Below, piece after piece: positions 1-12,492 of a DNA stretch of 55,878 nt. The notes beneath the pieces were generated by a model. It searched no databases and was not told the origin of the DNA. It saw nothing but the letters and a program-made list of their open reading frames with translations. Origin of the DNA: Microbacteriaceae bacterium (lineage in GTDB: Bacteria; Actinomycetota; Actinomycetes; Actinomycetales; Microbacteriaceae). How positions within the stretch are numbered: the stretch's first letter is position 1; every line of letters begins with the position of its first letter. The position numbers and the translations under genes were made by a program. The stretch spans positions 1 to 55,878 of the forward strand of contig CANGJO010000001.1 of the NCBI GenBank assembly GCA_947454285.1. The letters are read 5' to 3'.

Positions 1-491
1 GCGGTTTCTGGGCGAAGGTAGTGCAATCCCTCTTCGGCGGCAACTGGGCCCAAGAAGGTCTGCAGCAAACCGTTGAAAGCCTTTGGCTCAGTCCAGGTAT
101 TTTTGCTGCCACAGTTTGGGCAAGCAATGTCGTTCATCGACTCCGGAGCACGACCCTTCTTCTCTTCGAAGGCCTCTTCTAGGTGGTCCTGACGGAAACG
201 CTTGTGACAAGCGGTGCACTCAATCAGCGGGTCAGAGAATTCACGAACGTGGCCAGATGCTTCCCAAACCTTGCGAGGAAGAATCACCGATGAGTCCAGA
301 CCAACGATGTCTTCGCGAGACTGAACCATGGTGCGCCACCACTGGCGCTTGATGTTTTCTTTTAGCTCAACGCCTAGGGGTCCGTAGTCCCATGCTGAAC
401 GGCTTCCGCCGTAGATCTCGCCGGCCTGGAAAACGAATCCACGGCGCTTGGCTAGAGAAATTACTGAATCTAGACGATTTGGGGTAGCCAC
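1..491 (-). CDS. glyQS: Glycine--tRNA ligase (alpha2 type), 5' part, truncated by the window edge
   Basis: Not in the ORF track. Manual translation from GTG at 491 (GGAG RBS) gives [40 protein letters not shown]...HYLRPET. Confidence 0.95.
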   Translation of the reverse strand, partial: MATPNRLDSVISLAKRRGFVFQAGEIYGGSRSAWDYGPLGVELKENIKRQWWRTMVQSREDIVGLDSSVILPRKVWEASGHVREFSDPLIECTACHKRFRQDHLEEAFEEKKGRAPESMNDIACPNCGSKNTWTEPKAFNGLLQTFLGPVAAEEGLHYLRPET

Positions 492-542
492 TTAAACTCC
501 TTGCCCAAGCTGGATGCCTGGTACTTGTTCGAAGTTCCCAGT

Positions 543-1343
543 CTACTTTGACGAAGCGCGTTTTGGCTTGTCTACTGCCCCGCCAAAGCGCCTTGAACGC
601 CCCTGAAAGTGCGAAATCGCCTCCCAGAGTGAGGTTCGGTTGAAGTCTGGCCACAGGGTGTCTAGAAATACGAACTCTGCATAGGCCGATTGCCAAAGCA
701 AGAAATTTGAGGTGCGCTGCTCGCCCGAGCTTCGCAAGAACAGGTCAACGTCAGGAAGGTAATTGGTGTTCAAGTACTTTTGCATGGTCTTTTCAGTGAT
801 TGCGCCCGCCTTGAGCTTGCCGCTGGCAACATCGGTGGCCATTGCATTCACCGCATCAACGATCTCAATGCGCGATCCATAGTTGACACACATAGTGAGA
901 GTTAGGGTCTTATTTTTTGCAGTGAGTTTCTCAGCGGCTCTTAATTCATCAATCACCGATAACCACAAGCGTGGTCTGCGTCCGGCCCAGCGAATTCGAA
1001 CTCCCCAAGCGTTTAGTTGATCGCGGCGTGCACGAAGCACCTCGCGATTGAAACCCATTAGGAATTTCACTTCTTCGGGCGAACGCTTCCAGTTCTCTGT
1101 AGAGAATGCATAAACGGTTAAGTACTTAACGCCAGCTTCGATTGCACCTGCAACCACATCAAGCAAAGCAGCTTCGCCAGCTTTGTGACCTTCAATTCTG
1201 GTTAGGCCTCGCTGGTTTGCCCAACGACCATTGCCATCCATCACAATTGCCACGTGCTGCGGAACAGAACCGGCAGCGAACTTGGGCATCTTTACGCCCG
1301 GCTTCTTCACCGCCACGAGTTGAGTGGCCTGCAACTTGGTCAT
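543..1343 (-). CDS. uppS: Isoprenyl transferase (undecaprenyl/decaprenyl diphosphate synthase)
   Basis: [23 protein letters not shown] and [15 protein letters not shown] motifs. Confidence 0.95.
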   Translation of the reverse strand: MTKLQATQLVAVKKPGVKMPKFAAGSVPQHVAIVMDGNGRWANQRGLTRIEGHKAGEAALLDVVAGAIEAGVKYLTVYAFSTENWKRSPEEVKFLMGFNREVLRARRDQLNAWGVRIRWAGRRPRLWLSVIDELRAAEKLTAKNKTLTLTMCVNYGSRIEIVDAVNAMATDVASGKLKAGAITEKTMQKYLNTNYLPDVDLFLRSSGEQRTSNFLLWQSAYAEFVFLDTLWPDFNRTSLWEAISHFQGRSRRFGGAVDKPKRASSK

Positions 1344-2065
1344 TCTCGCTCCACATGTTGAAGTGACTTGAGACCGCGCTCAATGTGCCACTGACTATAT
1401 GCAGCAACGATACCGGAAGCCGATGCGCGAATGTTTTCTGTTGAAGAATCGGCAACCATCCAGTCACCGGCCAGTAGAGCGCCCAGTAGTTCTCCGGTGA
1501 GTGGATCAATCACCGCAGCGCCGGCTGGTCGGCAATCGCGACAAACAACGCCACCAAGTTGCATTACGAATGCCTGATGCGGACCCACTGCCCCACATCT
1601 TGAACAATCGCCAAAGTTTGGTGCCCAACCGGCAATCGAAAGCGCGCGTAATAGGTAAGAATCCAAAACCAGCGAAGCGTCGTGCTCTTTGTTGGCCAGC
1701 GAACGAAGTGCGCCAATCAGCAATAGGTATTGCTGCGGCGAAGAATCCTCACCGGTAAGTTTTTCGGCGGTTTCAACCATCGCGGTCGCCGCGGTGTACG
1801 ACCGATAGTCCTCGATGATTTCGCGCCCGTAGGAACCAATCGTCTCTACCTGGTTCACCACGTCAAGATTGCGACCCTCATAAAACTGCGCCTCAACCAC
1901 CATGAATGGTTCTAAGCGCGCACCAAACTTGGAACCGGTTCGGCGAACGCCCTTGGCAACGGCGCGAATTTGCCCGTTGTACCTAGAAAGCAGCGTGACG
2001 ATGCGATCTGCTTCACCCAACTTATGGGTGCGCAGCACAACTGCTTCATCTTTATATACGGGCAC
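1340..2065 (-). CDS. recO: DNA repair protein RecO
   Basis: [17 protein letters not shown]...AVAKGVRR, Zn finger CxxC...CxxC. GTG at 2065 is preceded by GATACT plus 6 nt. Confidence 0.95.
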   Translation of the reverse strand: MPVYKDEAVVLRTHKLGEADRIVTLLSRYNGQIRAVAKGVRRTGSKFGARLEPFMVVEAQFYEGRNLDVVNQVETIGSYGREIIEDYRSYTAATAMVETAEKLTGEDSSPQQYLLLIGALRSLANKEHDASLVLDSYLLRALSIAGWAPNFGDCSRCGAVGPHQAFVMQLGGVVCRDCRPAGAAVIDPLTGELLGALLAGDWMVADSSTENIRASASGIVAAYSQWHIERGLKSLQHVERE

Positions 2066-2134
2066 CAAATAAGTATCGGCCCCTATCCAAGAGAAACTCT
2101 TGAACCGGGGCCGAACTTATTGAAGTTTGCCGCT

Positions 2135-3990
<1,856 letters not shown>

Positions 3991-4020
3991 GCCGGATGGG
4001 GCTAAAAACCCAAATTGAAT

Positions 4021-4941
4021 TTAAAAACCAAGCTTGCCGAGTTGCTTAGGGTCGCGCTGCCACTCTGATGCCACCTTTACGCGCAAGCCTAGGAACACCT
4101 TGTGGCCAATCAGCTTCTCAATCTCTAGGCGTGCGCGCTTGCCGACGTCAATCAGTCTGGCACCGCGGTGCCCAATGATGATGCCCTTTTGGCTGTCGCG
4201 CTCAACGAAAATGTTGGCGTGGATATCGGTGAGGTCTTTGCCCTTGCGCTTGCTCATCTCGTCGATGGTCACGGCGATCGAGTGTGGAAGCTCATCGCGC
4301 ACGCCCTCAAGGGTTGCCTCGCGAATCAACTCACAAATGCGGGCCTCTAACGACTCGTCGGTAACGGCATCGGCCGGGTACAGCGCTGGCGAAAGCGGCA
4401 TCAGGTCAATCAGAACCTTGGTAAGAACCTCAAGCTGGTCCTCGGTCACGGCTGAAACTGGAACGATGGCCTTCCAATCGCGCAGTTCCGAAACTGCCAT
4501 TAGTTGGTCGGCAAGTTGCTCAGGTGAAACCAATTCACACTTAGTGACCACGGCAACCAACTTTGCGCGACGGAATTCATTTAGCTGCTCATTGATGAAA
4601 TTATCGCCAGGGCCAATTTTTTCGTTGGCTGGAATACAGAAACCGATAACGTCCACGTCACCAAGCGTTTGCTCAACTAAGTCGTTCAAACGCTGGCCAA
4701 GCAGAGTGCGTGGACGGTGGAGACCTGGTGTGTCTACCAAAATCAATTGACCGTAATCGCGGTGCACGATTCCACGAATCGCTCGACGAGTGGTCTGCGG
4801 CTTTGCGCTGGTGATGGCGATCTTCTCGCCTACCAGTGCGTTAGTGAGCGTTGACTTGCCAACGTTTGGGCGGCCTACAAAAGACGCGAACCCCGATCGG
4901 TGATCCGACTCAATTGGTTTTGATGAATAAGGCTCTGACAT
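4021..4941 (-). CDS. era: GTPase Era
   Basis: GRPNVGKSTL, QTTR, DTPG, C-terminal KH domain VERDSQKGIIIG. Confidence 0.97.
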   Translation of the reverse strand: MSEPYSSKPIESDHRSGFASFVGRPNVGKSTLTNALVGEKIAITSAKPQTTRRAIRGIVHRDYGQLILVDTPGLHRPRTLLGQRLNDLVEQTLGDVDVIGFCIPANEKIGPGDNFINEQLNEFRRAKLVAVVTKCELVSPEQLADQLMAVSELRDWKAIVPVSAVTEDQLEVLTKVLIDLMPLSPALYPADAVTDESLEARICELIREATLEGVRDELPHSIAVTIDEMSKRKGKDLTDIHANIFVERDSQKGIIIGHRGARLIDVGKRARLEIEKLIGHKVFLGLRVKVASEWQRDPKQLGKLGF

Positions 4942-6071
4942 TATCTCTCCGGCTCCAGTTGCTCAAAGGCGGACTGGGCGTCGGCCAAGTTTTCATCTTT
5001 CTTCAAGATGACGCTAAACAATCGCTTGCGGCGGCCCTCTATTCGGTCGGCAGTGATTTGCAAACCGGAAACGGTTACTTCATCACCGCGACCAGGCAAA
5101 CGACCAAGCTCTTTGGCAAATAGTCCACCAATACTGTCGACGTCTTCGTCTTCGAGTTCAAGTTCAAGTTGTTCGCCAAGCTCGGCCAGCGAGAAACGCG
5201 CATTCACGCGGAATCGTCCGCCACCTAGATCATCAACGTCTGGAACATCGCGATCGTATTCATCACTGATCTCACCAACGATTTCTTCGATCACATCTTC
5301 CATGGTGGCAAGGCCAGCAACACCGCCGTATTCATCAACGATGATGGCAATGTGAGTTGAACTCAACTGCATGTCGCGAAGCAAGTCGTCAACCGGCTTT
5401 GATTCCGGAACGAAAATTACCGGACGAGCAATTTCGCTCGCCAAGGTCTTGTCCATCTTGGCCGGAGACTCGTGCAGGATGCGGGCAACATCTTTTACAT
5501 AGAGAATCCCACTGATGTCGTCGATGTTCTTACCGACCACCGGAAGTCGCGAGTATCCCCTGCGCAAAAATACGCTCATGGCCTTGGTCAAGTTTGAGTC
5601 CGCCGCAACGGTTGCCATATCAATTCGTGGCACCATGATTTCGCGAACGATGGTCTCGCCAAATTCTTCAACCGAATCCAGCAGTTCCTGCTCGAACTCT
5701 TCAGGCACATCAAGTTTCGGTAGCGATATCGGTGTAAATAGCAGGTGAATCGAATCCACCGGCTTGCGGAAAGTCTTGAGTAGTTTTTGACCAACCTTGT
5801 GGTGACCAAGTTGCTTTGCTGCCAACTGTGTACCAAAAAGCAGTGCAAACATCATCAGGGTTGAAATGGTGGCTGACCAATACCAAGCCATCGCGATCGG
5901 TGCCAGTGCCTGGCCCGCAACAACGCCAAAGATTCCAGTCAGCACGAGTCGAACAAAGCTCAGTGATTCAGCCTTGGCTGATTCATCTACCTCTAGGGCA
6001 GCCTTGACCACCGCGGTCAGGGTGGTGAGTACCGCAAGAATTGCGGCAATCCAAAGGGCTAAGCCAATCAC
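4941..6071 (-). CDS. Hemolysin-family/CorC-like protein (TM N-terminus, CBS pair, CorC_HlyC)
   Basis: VREIMVPRIDM, GYSRLPV, VDEYGGVAGLATMEDVIEEIVGEISDEYD. Confidence 0.9.
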   Translation of the reverse strand: MIGLALWIAAILAVLTTLTAVVKAALEVDESAKAESLSFVRLVLTGIFGVVAGQALAPIAMAWYWSATISTLMMFALLFGTQLAAKQLGHHKVGQKLLKTFRKPVDSIHLLFTPISLPKLDVPEEFEQELLDSVEEFGETIVREIMVPRIDMATVAADSNLTKAMSVFLRRGYSRLPVVGKNIDDISGILYVKDVARILHESPAKMDKTLASEIARPVIFVPESKPVDDLLRDMQLSSTHIAIIVDEYGGVAGLATMEDVIEEIVGEISDEYDRDVPDVDDLGGGRFRVNARFSLAELGEQLELELEDEDVDSIGGLFAKELGRLPGRGDEVTVSGLQITADRIEGRRKRLFSVILKKDENLADAQSAFEQLEPER

Positions 6072-6533
6072 CTAGGCACTCGCCTCGCTCGCGTAGAAGT
6101 TGTCGAGGATGGCCTTTTGCAAGCCAAACATCTCTTTTTCTTCGTCGGGTTCGGCGTGATCAAAACCAAGTAGGTGCAAAATTCCGTGGGTGGTCAGCAG
6201 CAAGATCTCGTTGATTGGTTCGTGGCCAGCAACCTCGGCCTGTCGAATTGCAACCTGCGGGCAAATCACGATGTCACCAAGTAGGCCCGGTTCGGTAACC
6301 TCACCCTCGCCTCCCGGGCGAAGTTCATCCATCGGAAAACTAAGCACATCGGTAGGCCCTGGTTCGTCCATCCATTGAATGTGCAGCACTTCCATCGCAG
6401 GCTCATCAACAAACTGAATTGCTAGCTCGGCCTTTGGATGAATGTTAAGTTCACCAAGAGCGTGTTGGGCCAGGCGAAGCACTCGAGCTTCGTCTACAGA
6501 AATTTCTGTTTCGTTATTGATCTCGATGCTCAC
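6072..6533 (-). CDS. ybeY: rRNA maturation endoribonuclease YbeY
   Basis: PTDVLSFP, HGILHLLGFDH. Confidence 0.96.
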   Translation of the reverse strand: MSIEINNETEISVDEARVLRLAQHALGELNIHPKAELAIQFVDEPAMEVLHIQWMDEPGPTDVLSFPMDELRPGGEGEVTEPGLLGDIVICPQVAIRQAEVAGHEPINEILLLTTHGILHLLGFDHAEPDEEKEMFGLQKAILDNFYASEASA

Positions 6534-7543
6534 TTGGTAACTTTCTTTGAAGACTGTTTAGCAGTCTTGGCATCTTCGTACTTTGTATAGGCGTCAACAA
6601 TCTTGGCAACCAGTGAGTGGCGAACTACGTCTTCCGATGTAAGTGTGGCAAAGTGCATGCCATCAACCTTGCTCAGCACTTCTACCGCGGTGCGCAGACC
6701 AGAGCTTCCAGTTGGTAAGTCGATCTGAGTGATATCACCGGTGACAATCATCTTTGAGTTGAAGCCAAGGCGAGTAAGGAACATCTTCATTTGTTCCGGA
6801 GTGGTGTTTTGGGCTTCGTCAAGAATGATGAACGAATCATTTAGTGTGCGGCCGCGCATGTAGGCAAGCGGCGCCACCTCAATCGTTCCGGCTGCCATCA
6901 ACTTAGGAATTGATTCCGGTTCAAGCATTTCGTGCAGCGCATCGAACAACGGGCGAAGGTACGGATCAATCTTGTCGTTGAGCGTTCCGGGTAGGAACCC
7001 AAGACGCTCTCCCGCTTCAACCGCAGGGCGAGTCAAGATAATGCGGCTAACCTCTTTGCGTTGCAACGCCTGCACGGCCTTGGCCATTGCCAAATAGGTT
7101 TTACCGGTACCTGCTGGTCCGATTCCAAAAACGATTGTTGCTTCGTCGATGGCATCAACGTACTTCTTTTGACCAAGTGTCTTTGGGCGAATGCTTTTAC
7201 CGCGAGAACTAAGGATGCTTTGACTTAGGACATCGGCCGGGCGACTCTCACCCTCAAGCATCCTTGCCGAGCGAGTTAAGTCCTGCGGGGCAAGGTCTTG
7301 CCCGTTGGCAATCAGCGCAACCATTTCTTCAATTAGTTTCTTAGCTTCGGTGACTTGTGCTCCGGGACCGGAGAGCACAACTTCGTTACCGCGAGCATGT
7401 ACCTCAACAGCCGGATAGGTCTGCTCTAGGGTCTTAAGTAATTTATCTTCGGTACCAAACAAAGACACCATTGGAACACCCAGCACCTGAAGCTTCTCAG
7501 TACGAGCCTTGCTAGCCGATGAATCGCGCGATGAACTAGGCAA
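6530..7543 (-). CDS. phoH: PhoH family ATPase
   Basis: GPAGTGKT, LTRPAVEAGERLGFLPG, MRGRTL, DEAQN. Confidence 0.95.
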   Translation of the reverse strand: MPSSSRDSSASKARTEKLQVLGVPMVSLFGTEDKLLKTLEQTYPAVEVHARGNEVVLSGPGAQVTEAKKLIEEMVALIANGQDLAPQDLTRSARMLEGESRPADVLSQSILSSRGKSIRPKTLGQKKYVDAIDEATIVFGIGPAGTGKTYLAMAKAVQALQRKEVSRIILTRPAVEAGERLGFLPGTLNDKIDPYLRPLFDALHEMLEPESIPKLMAAGTIEVAPLAYMRGRTLNDSFIILDEAQNTTPEQMKMFLTRLGFNSKMIVTGDITQIDLPTGSSGLRTAVEVLSKVDGMHFATLTSEDVVRHSLVAKIVDAYTKYEDAKTAKQSSKKVTK

Positions 7544-7877
7544 CCTGATCCTTCGGCGTGCGACTCGTGATGTGACCGTGGGCGTGGAAAACGGTTTGGC
7601 CCGCCTCTGCCCCAGTGTTGAAACTCAAACGGAAAGAGCCGGTTGATTTATCCAAGGCAATCTTTGAACCAAGCTGCATTAGGTCAACCAATTCGTCTGG
7701 AGCATTGTTGGTGAGTTCTGCGATGTTCGCGTGGTGGCGCTTTGGGATTACCAAGATGTGAATCGGCTGACGCGGCGAGATGTCCCAAAAAGCAAGCGAG
7801 TGCTCTGTTTCTTCGACCAGGTTTGCCTGAATGTCTTTGCTAGCGATTCTGCAGAAAATGCAGTCTTGGTTGTTCAA
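7536..7877 (-). CDS. HIT-domain protein
   Basis: DCIFCRI...GQTVFHAHGH. The probable start is TTG at 7877 behind GGAGG; the ORF is open to 7913. Confidence 0.9.
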   Translation of the reverse strand: MNNQDCIFCRIASKDIQANLVEETEHSLAFWDISPRQPIHILVIPKRHHANIAELTNNAPDELVDLMQLGSKIALDKSTGSFRLSFNTGAEAGQTVFHAHGHITSRTPKDQVA

Positions 7878-7897
7878 TCTTTCCTCCAGCAACGAGT

Positions 7898-8644
7898 CTA
7901 CTTTGAGCCCCATTGCCCAGTAAGAGCAAGGATTCCAGAGATTGCCGCGATGCCGGCAGTTGAGGTCCTAAGAATAGGTGCACCCAGGTGAACGCGCACA
8001 GCCCCGGCCTCTTCAAGAGCCGCTAGTTCGGGTTCACTAATGCCGCCTTCAGGACCAACCACCAGGGCAACTTTTCCGGCATTTGGCATATTTTGAACAC
8101 CGATACCGGCTGCGGCAGTTGGGTCTAGCACCAAAACCAAGTCGAAGTCATTGACTAGGTCCGCGACCTGCACGCCCTTAATCGGTGAGGCAACCACTGG
8201 ATGCCAAGTGCTGAGCGATTGCTTCGCTGCCTCAGTGACAATACTTTGCCAACGTTCAACACCCTTGGCTTCTTTTAGCCCAATCCAACGACTTACCGAA
8301 CGATCGGCCTCCCAAGGAATCACACCAATCACACCAAGCTCGGTCGCAGCTTGGACTGCAAGTTCATCGCGGTCACCTTTTGCGAGTGCCTGAATCAAAG
8401 TGATTTGAATTTGCGGAGTTGGCTCTTGCTGAACAGAACTAACTCGAACGCGAAGATTATTGCCAACGATCGAATCAACCAGACCGCGAACCCTTAGTCC
8501 CGCTTTGTCGGTAAGTTGAATCGCTTCGCCTACACGCATTCTGCGTACCGATACCGCATGCTTTGATTCTGGTCCGGTTAGATCAACCACAGAGCCAACC
8601 TGAACCGGTTGGTCAAAGGTGCGAGTGAACATGGGTTCAACCAT
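7898..8644 (-). CDS. rsmE: 16S rRNA m3U1498 methyltransferase
   Basis: QAATELGV, EAAKQS, VGPEGG, ILRTSTA. Confidence 0.95.
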   Translation of the reverse strand: MVEPMFTRTFDQPVQVGSVVDLTGPESKHAVSVRRMRVGEAIQLTDKAGLRVRGLVDSIVGNNLRVRVSSVQQEPTPQIQITLIQALAKGDRDELAVQAATELGVIGVIPWEADRSVSRWIGLKEAKGVERWQSIVTEAAKQSLSTWHPVVASPIKGVQVADLVNDFDLVLVLDPTAAAGIGVQNMPNAGKVALVVGPEGGISEPELAALEEAGAVRVHLGAPILRTSTAGIAAISGILALTGQWGSK

Positions 8645-8646
8645 GA

Positions 8647-9732
8647 TTAGTTCTTTTTCTTGCCAGAGAAGCGGCCGTGCGTTGCACGCGCAAGTTTGAT
8701 GGTGTCGTCTTTTCGAAGTGCAGCAAGTGAACGGAATAGTTCCTTCTGCTTTGAATCAAGTTTGCTTGGCGTTACTACCTGCAACTTGATCTTCAAGTCA
8801 CCGCGCCCTGATGAACGCAAGTGCTGAACACCCTTTCCTCGAACGGTGATTACTTCACCGGTTTGTGAGCCTGGCTCTACTTCAATTTCAATTTCGCCAT
8901 CAAATGTTTGAATCTTGGCTAGAGCACCAAGCACTGCATCGTGCAGCGGAACTTCAAGTACACAAGTTAGATCATCGCCCTGGCGACCAAAGACATCATC
9001 TTCTTTTACTGCCATGTCTACATACAAGTCACCGTTTGGTCCGCCAGCGAAACCAACTTCACCTTGACCCGATAGCTGCAGACGCAAACCATCTTCAACA
9101 CCCGCAGGAATATTCAGATCAATATTGCGACGAGCACGCACGCGGCCCTGTCCTCGACAGTCAATGCACGGCTCTGGAATTACCTGGCCATAGCCACGGC
9201 AAGTCCCACACGGCTGCGAGGTGACCACGTTGCCAAGCAGTGAACGAACCTGGCGCTGAATCTGACCTGATCCACCACAAATGTCACAAGTTGCCATTGA
9301 AGTTCCCGGACGGCAACATGACCCCTGGCAAGTTTCACAAAGCACAGCGGTATCAACCTCAACGCTCTTGGCGATTCCAAAGACAACTTCTTCAAGAGTT
9401 AGATCAATTCGAATAAGTGCGTCTTGACCACGCTCGGCGCGTGAACGCGGACCACGAGAACCACCGCCACCAAAGAAGGTGTCGAAGATGTCACCAAAGC
9501 CGCCGAAGCCGGCGCCGCCAAACGGATCCTGACCACCCATGTCGTACTGACGACGTGAATTCGAATCACTCAATACCTCGTAGGCGTGAGTAACAGCCTT
9601 GAAGCGCTCTTGCGCCTCAGGTGCCGGGTTTACGTCTGGGTGAAGTTCGCGCGCCAGCTTGCGGTATGCCTTTTTGATTTGGTCTTCGGTTGCGTCGCGC
9701 GCAACACCCAATGCCTCGTAGTGATCAGCCAT
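8647..9732 (-). CDS. dnaJ: Chaperone DnaJ
   Basis: J domain with HPD, G/F region, CxxCxGxG repeats. Confidence 0.97.
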   Translation of the reverse strand: MADHYEALGVARDATEDQIKKAYRKLARELHPDVNPAPEAQERFKAVTHAYEVLSDSNSRRQYDMGGQDPFGGAGFGGFGDIFDTFFGGGGSRGPRSRAERGQDALIRIDLTLEEVVFGIAKSVEVDTAVLCETCQGSCCRPGTSMATCDICGGSGQIQRQVRSLLGNVVTSQPCGTCRGYGQVIPEPCIDCRGQGRVRARRNIDLNIPAGVEDGLRLQLSGQGEVGFAGGPNGDLYVDMAVKEDDVFGRQGDDLTCVLEVPLHDAVLGALAKIQTFDGEIEIEVEPGSQTGEVITVRGKGVQHLRSSGRGDLKIKLQVVTPSKLDSKQKELFRSLAALRKDDTIKLARATHGRFSGKKKN

Positions 9733-9738
9733 GGATGA

Positions 9739-10758
9739 TTAGTTTCCTAAAGTCTTGGTTAGGTAGCGAGCAACTGCACGCACCGCTGAAATATTTGATG
9801 AGTAATCCATGCGGGTTGGGCCAATCACGCCGAGTTTAGCGATTTCGCTGCCCTGGTTTTCGTAGCCGCTAACCACAACAGATGCATTGGCCAATCCCTC
9901 GAACTGATTCTCGCGACCAATTCGCAAACTGACGCCGTGTTGTTCGGCTTGCATCTCGCTAATTAACTTAAGCAAGACCACCTGCTCCTCAATTGCTTCA
10001 AGGACCGGTGAAATACTGCCTGGAAAATCTTCTTCGCGCTTTGCCAAGTTTGATGTTCCAGAAAGAATGATTTTCTCTTGGCGGTTGGCATCAACCTGCT
10101 CCAACAGATTCTTCACGATCACATTGGCAAGCTTGGTATTGCTTGCGTTCATGCCGGCGGCGATGCTCTTCAACTTGCCAGCAACCTCTGTTAGAGCAAC
10201 GCCCGCGATTGCCGCGTTCAACTTGGCTCGCAACTCTCCGATGAAAGCTTCATCAACCGGTCCACCAAGCTCGACCACGTGTTGCTGAATTCTTCCGCTG
10301 TCAGTGATCAAAACCATCAGCACTCGAGTATCCGCAGCCGGAATCAATTCAATGTGGCGAACGGATGCCTTGCCCAGGGTTGGATACTGCACCATTGCAA
10401 CCTGATTGGTTAGCTGCGAAAGCAATCGAACTGTGCGGCCCAAAGTTTCGTCAAGGTCGGCACTGCCAACCATAAAGTTTTCAATCGCGTGACGCTCGGC
10501 AGCGTTGAGTGGCTTGACTTCGCTCAGTCGATCAACGAATAGTCGATAACCCTTATCGGTTGGTACACGACCAGCAGAAGTGTGGGGTGCGTGAATCAGT
10601 TCTTCTTCTTCAAGCAGCGCCATGTCGTTTCGAATGGTGGCTGCCGAAACTCCAAACGAGTGGCGCTCGACCAGCGACTTGGAACCAACCGGCTCCTTGC
10701 TGGCGATGTAATCCTGAACGATGGCACGAAGCACTTCAAGACTTCTATCTGGAATCAT
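9739..10758 (-). CDS. hrcA: Heat-inducible transcription repressor HrcA
   Basis: EPVGSK, SAATIRNDM, PHTSAGRVPTDKGYR, IGPTRMDY. Confidence 0.97.
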   Translation of the reverse strand: MIPDRSLEVLRAIVQDYIASKEPVGSKSLVERHSFGVSAATIRNDMALLEEEELIHAPHTSAGRVPTDKGYRLFVDRLSEVKPLNAAERHAIENFMVGSADLDETLGRTVRLLSQLTNQVAMVQYPTLGKASVRHIELIPAADTRVLMVLITDSGRIQQHVVELGGPVDEAFIGELRAKLNAAIAGVALTEVAGKLKSIAAGMNASNTKLANVIVKNLLEQVDANRQEKIILSGTSNLAKREEDFPGSISPVLEAIEEQVVLLKLISEMQAEQHGVSLRIGRENQFEGLANASVVVSGYENQGSEIAKLGVIGPTRMDYSSNISAVRAVARYLTKTLGN

Positions 10759-10791
10759 TTCGCACCGCCTTTCCGGTCTCGCTCAACAGAG

Positions 10792-10818
10792 TTAGCACTC
10801 CAACTCCCCGAGTGCCAA
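10792..10818. promoter_or_regulatory. CIRCE element (HrcA operator)
   Basis: TTAGCACTC-N9-GAGTGCCAA upstream of hrcA, one mismatch to the consensus. Confidence 0.93.
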
Positions 10819-10873
10819 TATTACCTGCCGTAATTATGAATGGGTAGGCTAAACGGGCTAGAAGGAGAACCGA

Positions 10874-11230
10874 ATGACAGAGCCAAATCCATACGCAGTG
10901 CCGCAAGAACCGCTATCACCTGAGATGGAACGCCTGTGGGCCATCGCGATTCACGCATTCGGCATTGTGCTGGAGTTCTTTGCTCCCCTGCTGGGCTACC
11001 TATTCCTTAAAGACCGCGGCCCATTCATTCGTCACCACGTGACCGAATCTCTAAACTTTGGCATCTCGATGTTGCTGCTTTACGCGGTGCTGGCGATCAG
11101 CATCATCGGTTGGTTCTTGTTCTGGGTGCCACCAATAATTTGGACCGTGTTCCGAATCATCGCCGCCTACAAGGCCAGCCTCGGCGAGTTTTATCGCTAT
11201 CCGGTTTCGATTCGTTTTATCAAAAACTAA
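10874..11230 (+). CDS. DUF4870-like membrane protein
   Basis: Three hydrophobic segments, FIRHHVTESLNF and GEFYRYP motifs, AAGGAG RBS. Confidence 0.85.
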   Translation: MTEPNPYAVPQEPLSPEMERLWAIAIHAFGIVLEFFAPLLGYLFLKDRGPFIRHHVTESLNFGISMLLLYAVLAISIIGWFLFWVPPIIWTVFRIIAAYKASLGEFYRYPVSIRFIKN

Positions 11231-11256
11231 TCGGCCCGTCTTTAATCAGCCTCGTG

Positions 11257-12492
11257 TTAATCGGCGAGCAGTTGGCGCACAAGAGAATCTGCCAGCAATC
11301 GGCCTTTGAGGGTTAGCTTCAAAACACCACCGATAGCCGCCTTGGCGTCAACCAGCTCATCGGCGATGAATCCGGCAATGAGTTTGCTGGCCTCTGCGTT
11401 AACCTGCTTAGCCAAATCAACTTCTAATCCTTCGCGAATTCTGATTTCAAGCAGAATTCTTTCTTCAAGTCGAGTCCTGTGACTCAGCGTTTCGCGACCG
11501 GCAGCCGGTGAATTTCCATCGGCAAGTTTGCTTGCGTATGCCGTTGGATGTTTTACGTTCCACCAACGCACGCCACCAAAGTGACTGTGCGCGCCTGGGC
11601 CGTAACCCCACCAGTCTTGTGAGGCCCAATACGAAATGTTGTGCGCCGAGGCATTTTGCTCGCCTCGCGACCAGTTACTCACTTCGTACCAATCGAAGCC
11701 GGCCTCGGCAAACAATAGATCGGCAAGTTCGTATTTGTCAGCCTGCAGGTCCTCGTCTGGTTCTTCAAGCAGCCCCGACTTAATCTGACGAGCAAGCTTG
11801 GTGCCATCTTCAACAATCAGTGCGTACGCAGAGATGTGATCGGGTTGCATTTCAATTGCTGCGATTACGCTTTGGCGCCACTCATCGAGCGTTTCACCAG
11901 GTGCGCCATAAATTAAATCAACAGATGTACGAAGCCCAAGCTCTTTTGCCGCTGCAACACCAACAGCCACGTTCGCCGGATTGTGTGTGCGTTCCAGAGT
12001 TGCAAGCACCAATGGCACAGCCGATTGCATTCCAAATGAAACGCGATTGAATCCGCCATCACATAGCTCGCGCAGGTATTCGGCATTCACGGTGTCTGGG
12101 TTCGCCTCAGTGGTTACCTCTGCACCCGGTGCAATTTCAAAAGCATCGCGAAGCGCAGCAAGAATTTTCACCAAGTCGGAAGCGGGCAGCAACGTTGGCG
12201 TTCCGCCACCAAAAAACACGGTGCTTAGTTTTCGTTTTGGCAGCCCAGCATCGGCAATCACCTGCGCGCTGAGTTTGATTTCTGCAATCAGAACATCCGT
12301 GTAGGCAGATTGCTTAGCGCCTTCAAGTTCGCTGGCGGTGTAGGTGTTGAAGTCGCAGTAGCCGCAGCGCACTTTGCAAAAAGGAATATGTACGTAGGCG
12401 TGCAATGTGCGTTCGGATGCACCGATTGCGGATTGTCCTGGCAGGCTTCCGTCTGCTGGAGCTGGGTCGCCGATAGGCAGTGGTCCGGCCAC
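11257..12492 (-). CDS. hemW: Radical SAM heme chaperone HemW
   Basis: YVHIPFCKVRCGYCDF, GGGTPT, EANPD, YEVSNW. Confidence 0.93.
   Translation of the reverse strand: MAGPLPIGDPAPADGSLPGQSAIGASERTLHAYVHIPFCKVRCGYCDFNTYTASELEGAKQSAYTDVLIAEIKLSAQVIADAGLPKRKLSTVFFGGGTPTLLPASDLVKILAALRDAFEIAPGAEVTTEANPDTVNAEYLRELCDGGFNRVSFGMQSAVPLVLATLERTHNPANVAVGVAAAKELGLRTSVDLIYGAPGETLDEWRQSVIAAIEMQPDHISAYALIVEDGTKLARQIKSGLLEEPDEDLQADKYELADLLFAEAGFDWYEVSNWSRGEQNASAHNISYWASQDWWGYGPGAHSHFGGVRWWNVKHPTAYASKLADGNSPAAGRETLSHRTRLEERILLEIRIREGLEVDLAKQVNAEASKLIAGFIADELVDAKAAIGGVLKLTLKGRLLADSLVRQLLAD

Noticed and set aside
4034-4750. Long antisense ORFs opposite era, rne (36355-37068), clpX and others
   Set aside because: Ser/Arg-rich shadow frames produced by the codon bias of conserved sense genes
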